A stretch of DNA of 64,000 nt, from NCBI RefSeq assembly GCF_963921235.1, contig NC_086098.1:4588001-4652000 (forward strand). The letters run 5' to 3'. Made by a program: the position numbers and the translations under genes. This stretch comes from Mobula hypostoma (Eukaryota). Each line of letters opens with the position of its first letter. Position 1 is the stretch's first letter. Positions 47,062 to 58,691 of this stretch are shown here, piece after piece. The notes below the pieces were generated by a model, which worked only from the letters and a program-made list of their open reading frames with translations, was not told the DNA's origin and made no database searches.

Positions 47062-48940
47062 GACAATAGACAATAGGTTCAGGAGTAGGCCATTCGGCCC
47101 TTCGAGCCAGCACCGCCATTCACTGTGATCATGGCTGATCATCCACAATCAGTATCCAGTTCCCGCCTTATCCCCATAACCTTAGATTCTGCTATCTTTA
47201 AGAGCTCTATTCATCTCTTTTTTGAAAGCATCCAGAGACTTGGCCTCCACAGCCTTCTAGGGCAGAGCTTTCCATATATCCACCACTCTCTGGGTGAAAA
47301 AGTTTTTCCTCAACTCTGTTCTAAATGGCTTACCCCTTATTCTTAAACTGTGGCCTCTGGTTCTGGACTCACCCATCAGTGGGAACATGCTTCCTGCCTC
47401 CAGCATGTCCAATCCCTTAATAATCTTATATGTTTCAATAAGATCCCCTCTCAGCCTTCTAAATTCCAGAGTATACAAGCCCAGTCGCTCCAACCTTTCG
47501 ACATATGACAGTCCCGCCATCCCGGGAATTAACCTTGTGAACCTACGCTGCACTCCCTCAATAGCAAGAATGTCCTTCATCAAATTTGGAGACCAAAACT
47601 GCACACAGTACTCCAGGGTGTGGTCTCACCAGGGCCCTGTACAGCTGCAGAAGGACCTCTTTGCTCTTGTACTCAACTTCCCTTATTATGAAAGCCAGCA
47701 TTCCATTAGCTTTCTTCACAGCCTGTTGCATGCTTGCTTTCAGTGACTGATGTACCCCTTTTCCTAACTTGACTCCATTTAGATAATAATCTGTCTTCTT
47801 GTTCTTACCACCAAAGTGGATAACCTCACATTTATCCACATTAAACTGCATCTGCCATGCATCTGCCCACTCACCCAGCCTGTCCAAGTCACCCTGCATT
47901 CTCATAACATCCTCCCCACATTTCATACTGCCACCCAGCTTTGTGTCATCGGCAAATTTGCTAATGTTATTTTTAATTCCCTCATCTAAATCATTAATAT
48001 ATATTGTAAATAGCTGCGGTCCCAGCACTTAACCCTGCGGTACCCCACTGGTCACCGCCTGCCATTCCGAAAGGGACCCGTTAATCACTACTCTTTGTTT
48101 TCTGTCAGCCAGCCAATTTTCAATCCAGGTCAGTACTCTGCCCCCAATACCATGTGCCCTAATTTTGCCCACTAATCTCCTATGTGGGACTTTATCAAAG
48201 GCTTTCTGAAAGTCCAGGTACACTACATCCACTGGCTCTCCCTTGTCCATTTTCATAGTTACATCCTCAAAAAATTCCAGAAGATTAGTCAAGCACAATT
48301 TCCCCTTCATAAATCCATGCTGACTCGGACCGATCCTGTTTCTGCTATTCAGATGTGTTGTAATTTCATCTTTTATAATTGACTCCAGCATCTTTCCCAC
48401 CACTGACGTCAGGCTAACTGGTCTATAATTCCCTGTTTTCTCTCTTCCTTCCTTCTTGAAGAGAGGGACAACATTAGCCACCCTCCAATCCACAGGAACT
48501 GATCCTGAATCTATAGAACATTGGAAAATGATTACCAATGCGTCCATGATTTCTAAAGCCACCTCCTTAAGTCTCCTGGGATGCAGACCATCAGGTCCCG
48601 GGGACTTATCAGCCTTCAGACCCTACAGTCTATCCAACACCATTTCCTGCCTAATATAAATTTCCTTCAGTTCATCCATTACCCCAGGTCCTTTGGCCAC
48701 TATTACATCTGGGAGATTGTTTGTGTCTTCCCTAGTGAAGACAGATCCAAAGTACCTGTTCAACTCGTCTGCCATTTCCTTGTTCCCCATAATAAATTCA
48801 CCTGTTTCTGTCTTCAAGGACCCAATTTTGGTCTTAACTATTTTTTTCCTTTTCACACACCTAAAGAAGCTTTTACTATCCTCCTTTATATTCTTGGCTA
48901 GTTTACCTTCGTACCTCATTTTTTCTCCACGTATTGCCTT
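47062..48940 (-). mobile_element. CR1, 5'-truncated, nested
   Basis: ORFs 48623, 48029, 47558 and 47257 reconstruct RT with few frameshifts; (CTATTGT)n tail. Confidence 0.93.
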
Positions 48941-49484
48941 AGAGCAGAGAGATCCAAGTTCATAGCTCATTGAAAGTGGTTACACAGGCTGATAGGCTGG
49001 TTAAGAAGGCTTATGAAATGCTTGCTTTTATTAGTTGAAGCATTGAATTCAAATGTCAGGAGTTACGTTGCAACTTTATAAAATTCTGGTTAGGCCACAT
49101 CTAGAGTATTTCGTGCAGTTGAGGTCACCCCACTGTGGGAAGGATGTTGAGGCTTTGGAGCGGAATAACAAGATGCTGCCTGGTTTACAGGGCAGGTGCT
49201 GTAATGAAGGGCTGGATAAACTTGGGTTGTTTTCTCTGGAGCTCCAGAGGCTGAGGGGAGATCTGATAGAGGTTTACAGGATCATGAGAGGCCTAGATAG
49301 AATAGACAGGGAGTATCTGTTTCCTAGGATAGAAATACCAGAGGGCATGCATTATCGGTGAGGGGGCACAGGTTCAAAGGGGATATGAGGGGTAACATTT
49401 TCACTCAGAGTGCTGAATGCATGGAATGCGATGACTGATATGGTGGTAGAGGCTTTTAATAGATGTTTTGATAGACATCTATTA

Positions 49485-49625
49485 AGGATATGAAGAAGAT
49501 ATAAGATATAAGGAAGATGGAGGGATATATATAAGATATAAGGAAGATGGAGGGATATATATAAGATATAAGGAAGATGGAGGGATATATATAAGATATA
49601 AGATATAAGGAAGATGGAGGGATAA
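49485..49625. repeat. About 30-bp tandem repeat (AAGATATAAGGAAGATGGAGGGATATATAT) in a CR1 3' end
   Basis: Direct reading; three to four units. Confidence 0.9.
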
Positions 49626-50614
49626 GGACATTGAGTAGGTGGGAGGGATTGGTTTTTGGGGCCTTTTGGTTTATTTTTATTCTGGTTCTGGGCCAAAGGT
49701 CTGTTCCTGTACCGTGCTGTTCTATGTTCCATGTTCTGGTATACTGATAGCTTGCTGTAACAAAAGGTATTTTAAAATTCGTTCCGTGTTCTTTACTAAT
49801 TCAGCAATGAGTACTCGCAATCGAAGAAGTCACTGTACATGGGTTAAACCACAAGAAATCACTTCATAGAAAACATGCAACTCAAAAAGGAAAACAAGTG
49901 ATAAATGAAGTTAGCAGTACAGAAAACAAAAAGTAATTTTTATCATCCACTGATTGAGCTGATTTGCAAAATGCCAAAGGGAACTACAGATCTGAAGTCT
50001 TTCATGAAGCCTTCCCTTCTCTCCTCCTCCTCCACCACCCCCTCTCTCTTTCCCTCCCCTCACCATCTTTCTCCCTATCTTCTACAACTGTTAGCATGAT
50101 GACTGCAGCTTCCTTAGACAACCCTGCATTCATCATGATCTACTCTCCAGTCTGTGAACTTGTACTCCTTTAACTTACTCACAACAATCCCATTCCAGGA
50201 TAACACAATTTTGTCTTGCAGTCTTCCATTTTATTTCAGCATGTAGCAAGGAGGAATCACATTTTGTTCTTACACTTGCTGACATCTATGGAAATGACTA
50301 AGATTATACTGTACGCCACAGTATAAACTGTTTCCTGTTCATTCATTTCCGTAGATGCTGCCTGACTCGCTGAGCTCCTTAAGCACTGTGCTTGTGTTAG
50401 TTTATACTGGGGAATACCTTTACAATTATTTATAAAAGTATCATAAATACGAAGTAAAAACACACACATTTTCACTTAACATTTTACTTAAAACGGGCAG
50501 CATTTTAAACATGACATTGAATTGAAATGCTCATGTTGTTTTCTTCTCCATACCTGTTTGCTGTCTGACTTACTTCTTCCAACAGTTTGTAGCAAGTCAT
50601 GTAATCATGCAGGG

Positions 50615-51090
50615 TCCAAATTGTTTTATGTAATTTCCAGTATGCAAGTGTGAAGCAGAACAAAACAATTGTTACTCCGGATTCAATACAGCTCAAGAAA
50701 CACAATAATTTAAAAAGACATTAATTTCAAAAAAAGCAATAAATGTAAATACATAATATAGCTTATATACACAGAGTGATTGTATGTCCATGAAGTGACA
50801 CTAGACACAGGAGTGTCTGTACAAAAGGCGACTCTGACAGGAAATGATAAAGTAGTGGTGGTTGGGGGTGTGGAGGCTGAGATAGCAGGTGGAGGTGTTG
50901 ATCAGCCTCACTGCTTGGGGCAAGTAACATGTTTTGAGTCTGGTAATCCTGGTGTGGAAGTTATGTAGCCTCCTCCCCGATGGGAGTGGGCACAAACGGT
51001 GCATAAGCAGGGTGTGTGGGATCCTGCATAATGTTACTGGCACCTTTCTGTATTTCCAGTATGCCCTTGATGGCGGGCAGGCTGGTGCCA
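50615..51090 (-). mobile_element. Rex1/Babar-like 3' end
   Basis: ORF 50801-51184 (PLPSGRRL..YLPQAVRLIN). Confidence 0.8.
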
Positions 51091-51479
51091 ATATTGGTTG
51101 TACTAAATTACAGACGGATATCAGTGGTCCATGCCAAAGGTCAAAGCTGAAAGTGAAACTCTGTGGAGACAAAAATGACACCATTTAGAAGAGCGAGGAC
51201 TTATAGGAGGCTTGCTGGAAACAGCGATAAACTACTGAGCGTAAGATCACAATATACTGTAAATAAATCATTAAAATATCTTATGTTCAGAAAAATAACG
51301 ACAGTCTTGGAGTGCCTGTATTTGAATAAAGAAGATATGAATTTAATGAGGTGGAAATTATGTAACAACTCTGCAAGCTCCTGGTTAAAACCTTGCTTGT
51401 CATGATGTTTAGCTTGAGTACCAAACCTTGGAAGGGAACATTTAAACATTTTTAAAGTTCAGCGTTATTTATCACATAT

Positions 51480-51830
51480 ATACTCAATAGCCATGTTAGG
51501 TACACGAAGCATATAATAAAGTGGCCACTGAATGTACATTTATGGTCTTCTGCTGCTGTAGCCCGTCCACTTCAAGTATCAACATGTTGCACTTTTGGAG
51601 ATGTCCCTCTGCACATCACTGTTGTAATGTGAGCTACTGTCACCTTCCAGTCAGCTTGAACCAGTCTGACCATTCTCCTCCGACCTCCCTCATTAACAAG
51701 GCATTTTCATCTACAGAACTGATGCTCACTGGATTTTTTTGTTTTGTTTTTCACACCATTCTCTGTGAACCCTAGAGACAGTTGCGTGTGAAAATCCCAG
51801 GAGATCAGCAGTTTCTGAGATACTCAACCC
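51480..51830. mobile_element. Tc1-like MITE remnant
   Basis: TATACTCAATAGCCA...TAATAAAGTGGCCACTGAATGTA inverted termini followed by internal sequence shared with 14530-14650. Confidence 0.55.
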
Positions 51831-52027
51831 ACATGGAAATTCATGGTGAGAACGTACAAATACTTTACAGGCCGTGGCAGGAATCAAACCCCTGCTTGCT
51901 GGAGCTGTAAAGCGATGTGATATCCACTCTTCTACTGGGACTCTTGTTAGGCCGTTTCTCTACTCCTGCAGAATGCATTTACCAGAATAATATATCGACT
52001 CCACGGGTTAAATCATGAGGAGAGATT

Positions 52028-52505
52028 GAGTTCAAAGTTACAGGTAAAGTCCATATGTCACCATATACAATCCTGAGATTGATTTTCTTGTGGCCATTCA
52101 CAGTAAATATAAGAAACACAATCGGATCAATGAAAGACCGCCCCAGCAGATTGGATGCACTACCAATGTACAAAAGACAACAAATTCTGCAAATACAAAA
52201 AGAAAGAGGAAAAAATAATAATAATAAATAAACAAGCAATAAATATACAGAACATGAGATATTGAGTGAGTCCATAAGTTGTAGGAACAGTTCAGTGATG
52301 GGGTGAATGACGTTGAGTTCTCTGGTTCAGGAAGCCTGGTGGCTGAGGGCTACTAACTGTTCCTGCACCTGTTGGAGTGAGACCTGAGGCTCCTGTACCT
52401 TCTTCTAGGCAGCAGCAGCGAGGAGACAGCATGGCCTGAGTGGTGGTGGTCCTTCATGATGGAAACTTCTTTCCTGCAACAGCGTTTCATGTAGATGCGC
52501 TCAAT
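52028..52505 (-). mobile_element. Rex1/Babar-like 3' end
   Basis: Reverse complement homologous to 30240-30640. Confidence 0.75.
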
Positions 52506-53617
52506 AAACAGCAAAGTTTAAACGGATGCTGAAATTGATAGCTATTTCAAACTATTAGGGGATTTTTTTTTCCCTCCACCTACCTCGTTTCTGCTGGTTA
52601 GAAAACCTGGGACACGGTTGTAGGATTTAAAAATCAGGTCCAGGCTATTCAGCAGGAAACTCAGAGAAGCATCCTTTATGTTTCACCAATCACACTCACT
52701 TCCATAAATGGCAATTGACGTGCAATTTGTTGCCATTTTAGACCTGAATCTGATAGTCTTTAAGATGTTTTAGTTAATTAAAATCAAGGTACATCACAGA
52801 CACTGAATGTGGGAAGTGGTTTCAGGTGTAAGTGATTCAGTTCTCCATGTTCCTGAGATGTGAATTGACCCTTTATGAAGTAAACGGCAGATTTGTGTGA
52901 TCCAAATAAGTCAAGCTTATATTTATTTTTATATCCTCCAGGATTTTATTACAAAATATAAGTTGCTTGTGATTCCTTCATGACTTGTGTTGTTTGGACG
53001 TCAGTCAATGTTATCTCTACGTCATCACTCCTGCTTGTGTACACATGGATTCGGAAGAGGGACTAGGCCACATAGTTATGCAAGTGTTTCTTTCACTTAA
53101 GATCACTGTCAGTTTATCAAGAATTTTTTGATAAGAAGGATAATGTGTCACTATCTAAGATTTAAAGAAGAAAGATTAAGATTAGCTTTATTTAACACAC
53201 ATACATTGAAACATGCAGTGAAAATCTTCATCTTGCATCAATGACCAACGCGGTCTGATATTGTGTCGCCATACTTGCAGCTCCAGTGTAGCGTGTCCAT
53301 AACCTACTGAACCTAACCTGCATGCTTTTGTAATGCGGAGGGTATCCAGTCATTGGCGCTGTAAAGCAATTGCGTTAACTCTATACTATTGTGCCACCTC
53401 TGCTGCGATTTACTCTGCAAGCTCATGTTACTTCCTAAGTTATGAACAATCAATCATATTAAATTCTATTCTTTAAGGGGGGATTGTTTCTTACCAGAAT
53501 GTAGTTATGAACTTATTATATGTATATGGCCTGAGTTATCTGGGAACTATAATTAAATTTCATTCAGATCGAATTCAGATTTATATTTATTTTTTAATCA
53601 CATGTACATCAAAACAA

Positions 53618-54040
53618 ACCTACAGCCTGTTACACCACTGGTGCTGAGGGCAGCCATGAAGGTCCTCCATCTCTGGCGGTGATCAGGGCTTCATTCGTCG
53701 TGTCAGTTGTTTCCTCTCAGTTTTCACTACTGTCAGCCATGCAAGTCCTGTGTGGAGACTCAGGAATACCATCGCACTCAGACGTAGAAGGATTCTTCAT
53801 TGCTGTTTCTGTAACAATTTTGTTTGACCAGTCAGGGTTGTTAGCCCTGAGTTGAACCCCCGAACCTGGAGGACCGGTGTACCTCTCTTAGTCTGGCCTT
53901 TACCCTTTGACCTGTTTGGCATGAGTGACCCTACCAAGAGCCAAAGCATAAACCCCTGACTCCAGCCAACATAGCTCTACAGGTCCTAGGGGCAAGCAAG
54001 CCTCCAAACCAAGGCAAGATTGTGGTCCTCTTGGAGGCCA
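53618..54040 (-). mobile_element. Bipartite RTE-derived non-autonomous element (5' UTR joined to 3' end)
   Basis: Minus strand: GGTAGGGTCACTCATGCC, GGTCCTCCAGGTTCGGGGGTT..GGGCTAACAACCC, ending in an RQRWRTFMAAL-coding RTE-like 3' end. Confidence 0.7.
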
Positions 54041-54252
54041 ACAAAATATAGAGTGAAATCAATCATTGCATTAGCAACGACACACACAAGGACGTGCCCG
54101 TGTTGTCACACATTCCAGTGCCAACATGCATGCCCACATTATCAAAACTTCATAATGCTCTGGAATGAATACATTGGTTTATAATTTTAAGTTTTAGGCT
54201 AATAGTCCTCTCCAATACATTAGCAAATATTTCAGCAAATTTCCAGCAGGTA

Positions 54253-54719
54253 CAGTACTGTGCAGAAACCTTAGGCATAGGTATAGGGCGAGGGTTTCTA
54301 AGATTTTGCACAGAACTGTATTTGTCAATGTGGAGTGGAGCAAAGGATGTTGGGAATGGTGAGGGTGGAGCACCGCGGGAAGGGTGTGGGACAGGTGGCA
54401 GAGAAGGAGTGCTGGGATGGGTGGTGTGGGTGCAGACACAGCCAGCCCTGAGACACCGGGCAAGGTCATTTGATTCTAAACAATTGGTTTATTGATCATT
54501 ACAGAATGTCTCCCTTCCCCTTTCCCCTCTCCCTGCCTCCTTCCCACTTTCAGTCCACAATAGAGATGCATATCAGAATTAGGTTTATCATCACTCACAT
54601 ATGTCATTAAATTTGTTTTTTTTGCTGCAGCAGTACAGTGCAATACATAAAATTACTACAGGACTGTGCAAAAGTCTTGGGCTCCCTATATATGTGCTTA
54701 AGACTTTTGCACAGTACTG
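54253..54719. mobile_element. Composite Tc1/mariner-like non-autonomous element
   Basis: TA-flanked; mini-foldbacks at 54253-54318 and 54659-54719; sibling of 7695-8240. Confidence 0.75.
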
Positions 54720-54809
54720 TATATGGAAAGATGTATGACCACTTACACTACCGTGCCATGGGAATCGAACCCGGGTCGCTGGTACTGTAAAGTGTTGTGC
54801 TGACCACTA

Positions 54810-55216
54810 GTAATATTTATTTATTTATTGTTATTATTAATTCTCTCTCTCTCTCTCCTTTTTCTCCCTCTGTCCCTCTCACTATACCTCTTGCCCATCC
54901 TCTGGGTCCCCCCCCCTTGTCTTTCTTCCCAGACCTCCTGTCCCATGATCCTCTCATATCCCCTTTTGCCTATCACCTGTCCAGCTCTTGGCTCCATCCC
55001 TCCCCCTCCCGTCTTCTCCTATCATTTTGGATCTCCCCCTCCCTCTCCAACTTTCAAATCTCTTACTCACTCTTCCTTCAGTTAGTCCTGACGAAGGGTC
55101 TCGGCCTGAAACGTCGACTGTACCTCTTCCTAGAGATGCTGCCTGGCCTGCTGCGTTCACCAGCAACTTTTATGTGTGTTGCTTGAATTTCCAGCATACG
55201 CAGACTTCCTCGTGTT
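54810..55216 (+). mobile_element. Penelope pLTR insert (solo), inside an antisense tRNA-SINE head
   Basis: TSD TGCT(G/A)ACCACTA (54798-54809 / 55217-55228); pyrimidine-rich tract plus hammerhead. Confidence 0.85.
55084..55119 (+). ncRNA. Minimal type I hammerhead ribozyme motif
   Basis: Stem I AGTC/GACT, core CTGACGA, stem II AGG/CCT with loop GTCTCGG, GAAA, palindromic ACGT minimal stem III, predicted cleavage after GTC (55115). Confidence 0.8.
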
Positions 55217-57100
55217 TGCTAACCACTATGCTGTCGCCTTTAATTTGTAGTGTGTTCAAAATTTGTTTCTCAAAGTCTCACCCTACGTACCCGTTGTGAG
55301 AGGTGGAAGCGGGTAAGTCCGGCCACAAGGTCTCTGGTGAAGATGCACAGGCCAATCCCCTGTACAGGGGATACAATGGACTACAGAAACACTGATCAAC
55401 TCCAACCAGACCATCGACTTTGGACAATGGAGACGGGAGGCCATCAATGGCCTATGCTCCACTGGGAACAATGGGACCGAGAAAAACAAGATGTCTAACT
55501 GCATGTCATAAAAAATTTCTACCACCAAAGACTGGTCAAAATTGGGTCCAAGTAATTTCCACATAATAAGTTCTGCGCCATCTGTAGAAAATAACTGTTA
55601 CTGTTCTCCTGTGTAGAATCTAATCCGCTCAAGTATTAATTGTTTTTTTTCCAAAGGTGGCTCATTTAATTAAACATTCATCTTTTGCTCATTTAAGTAA
55701 ATCATTATTTCCTTTCTGTGACCAGACTGACATTTAATTCACCGAAATGAAAGGTTCTTTCAGTCACTGGACTGTTAATTTCATAATCCTTCATTACAAT
55801 TTGTTGAGAAGGTGCAGAGAGTCTTAACCACTTCTTCAATTTGTCAATGCCAGCTAATTACGCTGCAATCTTTTCATCTTTCGACCACTTGCCTTGCAAA
55901 AAAATTTAAAAATCTAAATGTTGGGAAGGCAAGGCTGACTAATAGCAGATCCAATTAAAATCTTTGCCGCAGCAAAGTATGACCAAACTAGTGAAGATAA
56001 GAAAGAAATTTACATTTTTGAGCAATCCTTCTCATCTTTGAAACATGCCAGAGCACCCGGTCACACAGCAGTTTCAAAGTTTAGCGAAGTCTGTAATGTA
56101 GGTGAATGTATCAGCTTGCATGGATTCAGTCAGCAAACACACACAGAGTAATCAGAATCAAGATTACGGTCACTGATGTATATCACAAAATTTGTTGTTA
56201 CGTGGCAGCAGTACAGTGCAATGTATATAAAATTCCATAAGTTAAAATAAAAATATATAACAGAATCCAAAAACAGAGCAAAAGAGTGAGGTGATGTTCA
56301 TGGACCATTCATGAATGTACCCCAGGGTAATTAAACCCAAAAATGTAACGCTGGAAAGCTCCACCTGCGGAGGGATGTAAACGAGGTTTAGCAAACTTTA
56401 AAAAACAGAATTTGGAGAAAAAACTATGCAAAAATGAGCCGTGGCTGATGCAGGCAGACAAGCAAGAGAAACAGCAAACTGTTAGAAACTAAAGATATAA
56501 GCTGTTAAAAGTGGAATTAGTATAGATTATCCCTGCCCTACTTACTTGAAAACCTTAGGGTGAAACCCCTGGAGGGAAGACAATGTCAATAAAAGATTTA
56601 TTGAAACTACAGCTATAACAAGCAGCAGCTATAACAAGACAATATCAGCAAAAATGAGTGTCCAAGATCCCTACCATGTACCGTGAATTAGTTCTGTTAA
56701 ATCATACCAAGGGATTTTGAGAATTAAAACTTTTACTCTTCCGAGTGTATAATTTATGTGTGATATATGTTCAGTAGTGTTGCAACTGAGGAATGTTTGG
56801 AAATGACAATGTGATATTGAGTTATTTTGAAATAGAAAATAAAATGTGTATAAAAATTTATGATTGTAATCCTGTTGTATACAGGTCAGGTTTTTTTGTA
56901 TAAGTGTATGAATCGACTTTCCATGGATGATCAACTATTTCATCCAACGAAACCAGAAAAATGATGGTGAGCCGCTCAAGATCGAAGAGCCAGCAGAGAA
57001 CAAACTGTTTGATGAGGTAGAGGAATTTGATTTATGCAAGAACTGATTATTTTTGCAAAGATTTTGCTAAGTTACTGAATGAGATTTACTTTGTTTGTGT

Positions 57101-57405
57101 GGGCACGTGGCCAAGTGGTTAAGGCATTGGACTAACGACCTGAAGGTCGTGAGTTCGCACCCCAGCCGAGGGAACGTGTTGTGTCTTTGAGCAAGGCACT
57201 TAACCACACATTGCTCTGCGACGACACTGGTGCCAAGCTGTATGGGTCCTAATGCCCTTCCCTTGGACAACATCGGTGTCGTAGAGAGACTTGCAGCATG
57301 GGCAACTGCTGGTCTTCCATACAACCTTGCCCAGGCCTGCGTCCTGGAGAGTGAAGGCTTTCCAGGCGCAGATCCATGGTCTCGCAAGACTAACGGATGC
57401 CTTTG
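57101..57405 (+). mobile_element. tRNA-derived CORE-like SINE, full length
   Basis: A box TGGCCAAGTGG, B box GAGTTCGCACC; body homologous to 3603-4744. Confidence 0.88.
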
Positions 57406-58691
57406 TTTAAAAGTTGAAATGTTGGAGAATTATCGTGAAAGGAACTAAGCTGAATATTTGAATTTGAATTTGTGGACATACTGACTGGAAATAAAACTGA
57501 AGTTCACCATAATACTTAAGAATAGGAATTCAATTAGTGTTCTAACTAACTAGGGATAAATAAAAAGGAAAGGTTAATCTGTAAACCTTTAGATAGGGAA
57601 TAATACTGGGTCTAATTAGTTAGAGAAATTGGAGTAATAAAGGTAATTCTAATGGATCTTACTGATTCTAACTCAAAAGAAATTTGGTTTTTGTTTGATA
57701 TCTGAGATTTAGAACCTAAACAGAACATTGGAATTTTGAATTGTTCTTACTCATGTAAATATTTTGTATATTTTGTTTTTTTCATATAAACAAAACTTCC
57801 TTCCAGAAGTGTATGTTTTCTATTCACTGCCTCCTTCTAATACCCAGAGCTTCTGATGGCCTAGTGTAGTACTATGCAATTTGATTTTCTCATAAAGAGT
57901 GTGAGGAAAAGCACTGCACAGGTGTCCCACAAGGATCTGTTCTGGGACCTCTACTTTTCGTGTTTTTTATTAACGACCTGGATGTGGGAATAGAAGGGTC
58001 GGTTGGCGAGTTTGCAGATGACACAAAGGTTGGAGGTGTTGTAGATAGTGTATGTGATTGTCGAAGGTTGCAGAGAGACATTGATAGGATGCAGAAGTGA
58101 GCTGAGAAGTGGCAGATGGAGTTCAACCCAGAGAAGTGTGAGGTGGTACACTTTGGAAGGACAAACTCCAAGGCAGAGTACAAAGTAAATGGCAGGATAC
58201 TTGGTAGTGTGGAGGAGCAGAGGGATCTGGGGGTACATGTCCACGGATCCTTGAAAGTTGCCTCACAGGTGGATAGGGTAGTTAAGAAAGCTTATGGGGT
58301 GTTAGCTTTCATAAGTACAGGGATGGAGTTTAAGAGTCGCGATGTAATGATGCAGCTCTATAAAACTCTGGTTAGGCCACACTTGGAGTACTGTATCCAG
58401 TTCTGGTCACCTCACTATAGGAAGGATGTGGAAGCATTGGAAAGGGTACAGAGGAGATTTACCAGGATGCTGCCTGGTTTAGAGAGTATGCATTATGATC
58501 AGAGATTAAGGGAGCTAGGGCTTTACTCTTTGGAGAGAAGGAGGATGAGAGGAGACATGATACAGGTGTACAAGATAATAAGAGGAATAGATAGAGTGGA
58601 TAGCCAGCGTCTCTTCCCCAGAGCACCACTGCTCAATACAAGAGGACATGGCTTTAAGGTAAGAGGTGAGAAGTTCAAGGGGGTATTAGAG

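Larger units (their letters stand above)
45915..49735 (+). mobile_element. Decayed CR1 ORF2 and tail, split by an antisense CR1
   Basis: ORFs 45985, 46233, 46594 and 49053 are collinear CR1 RT pieces. Confidence 0.9.

Noticed and set aside
57101..57172. tRNA genes (also 3603, 24901 and 54740)
   Set aside because: A/B boxes run into SINE bodies with no convincing cloverleaf; these are SINE heads.
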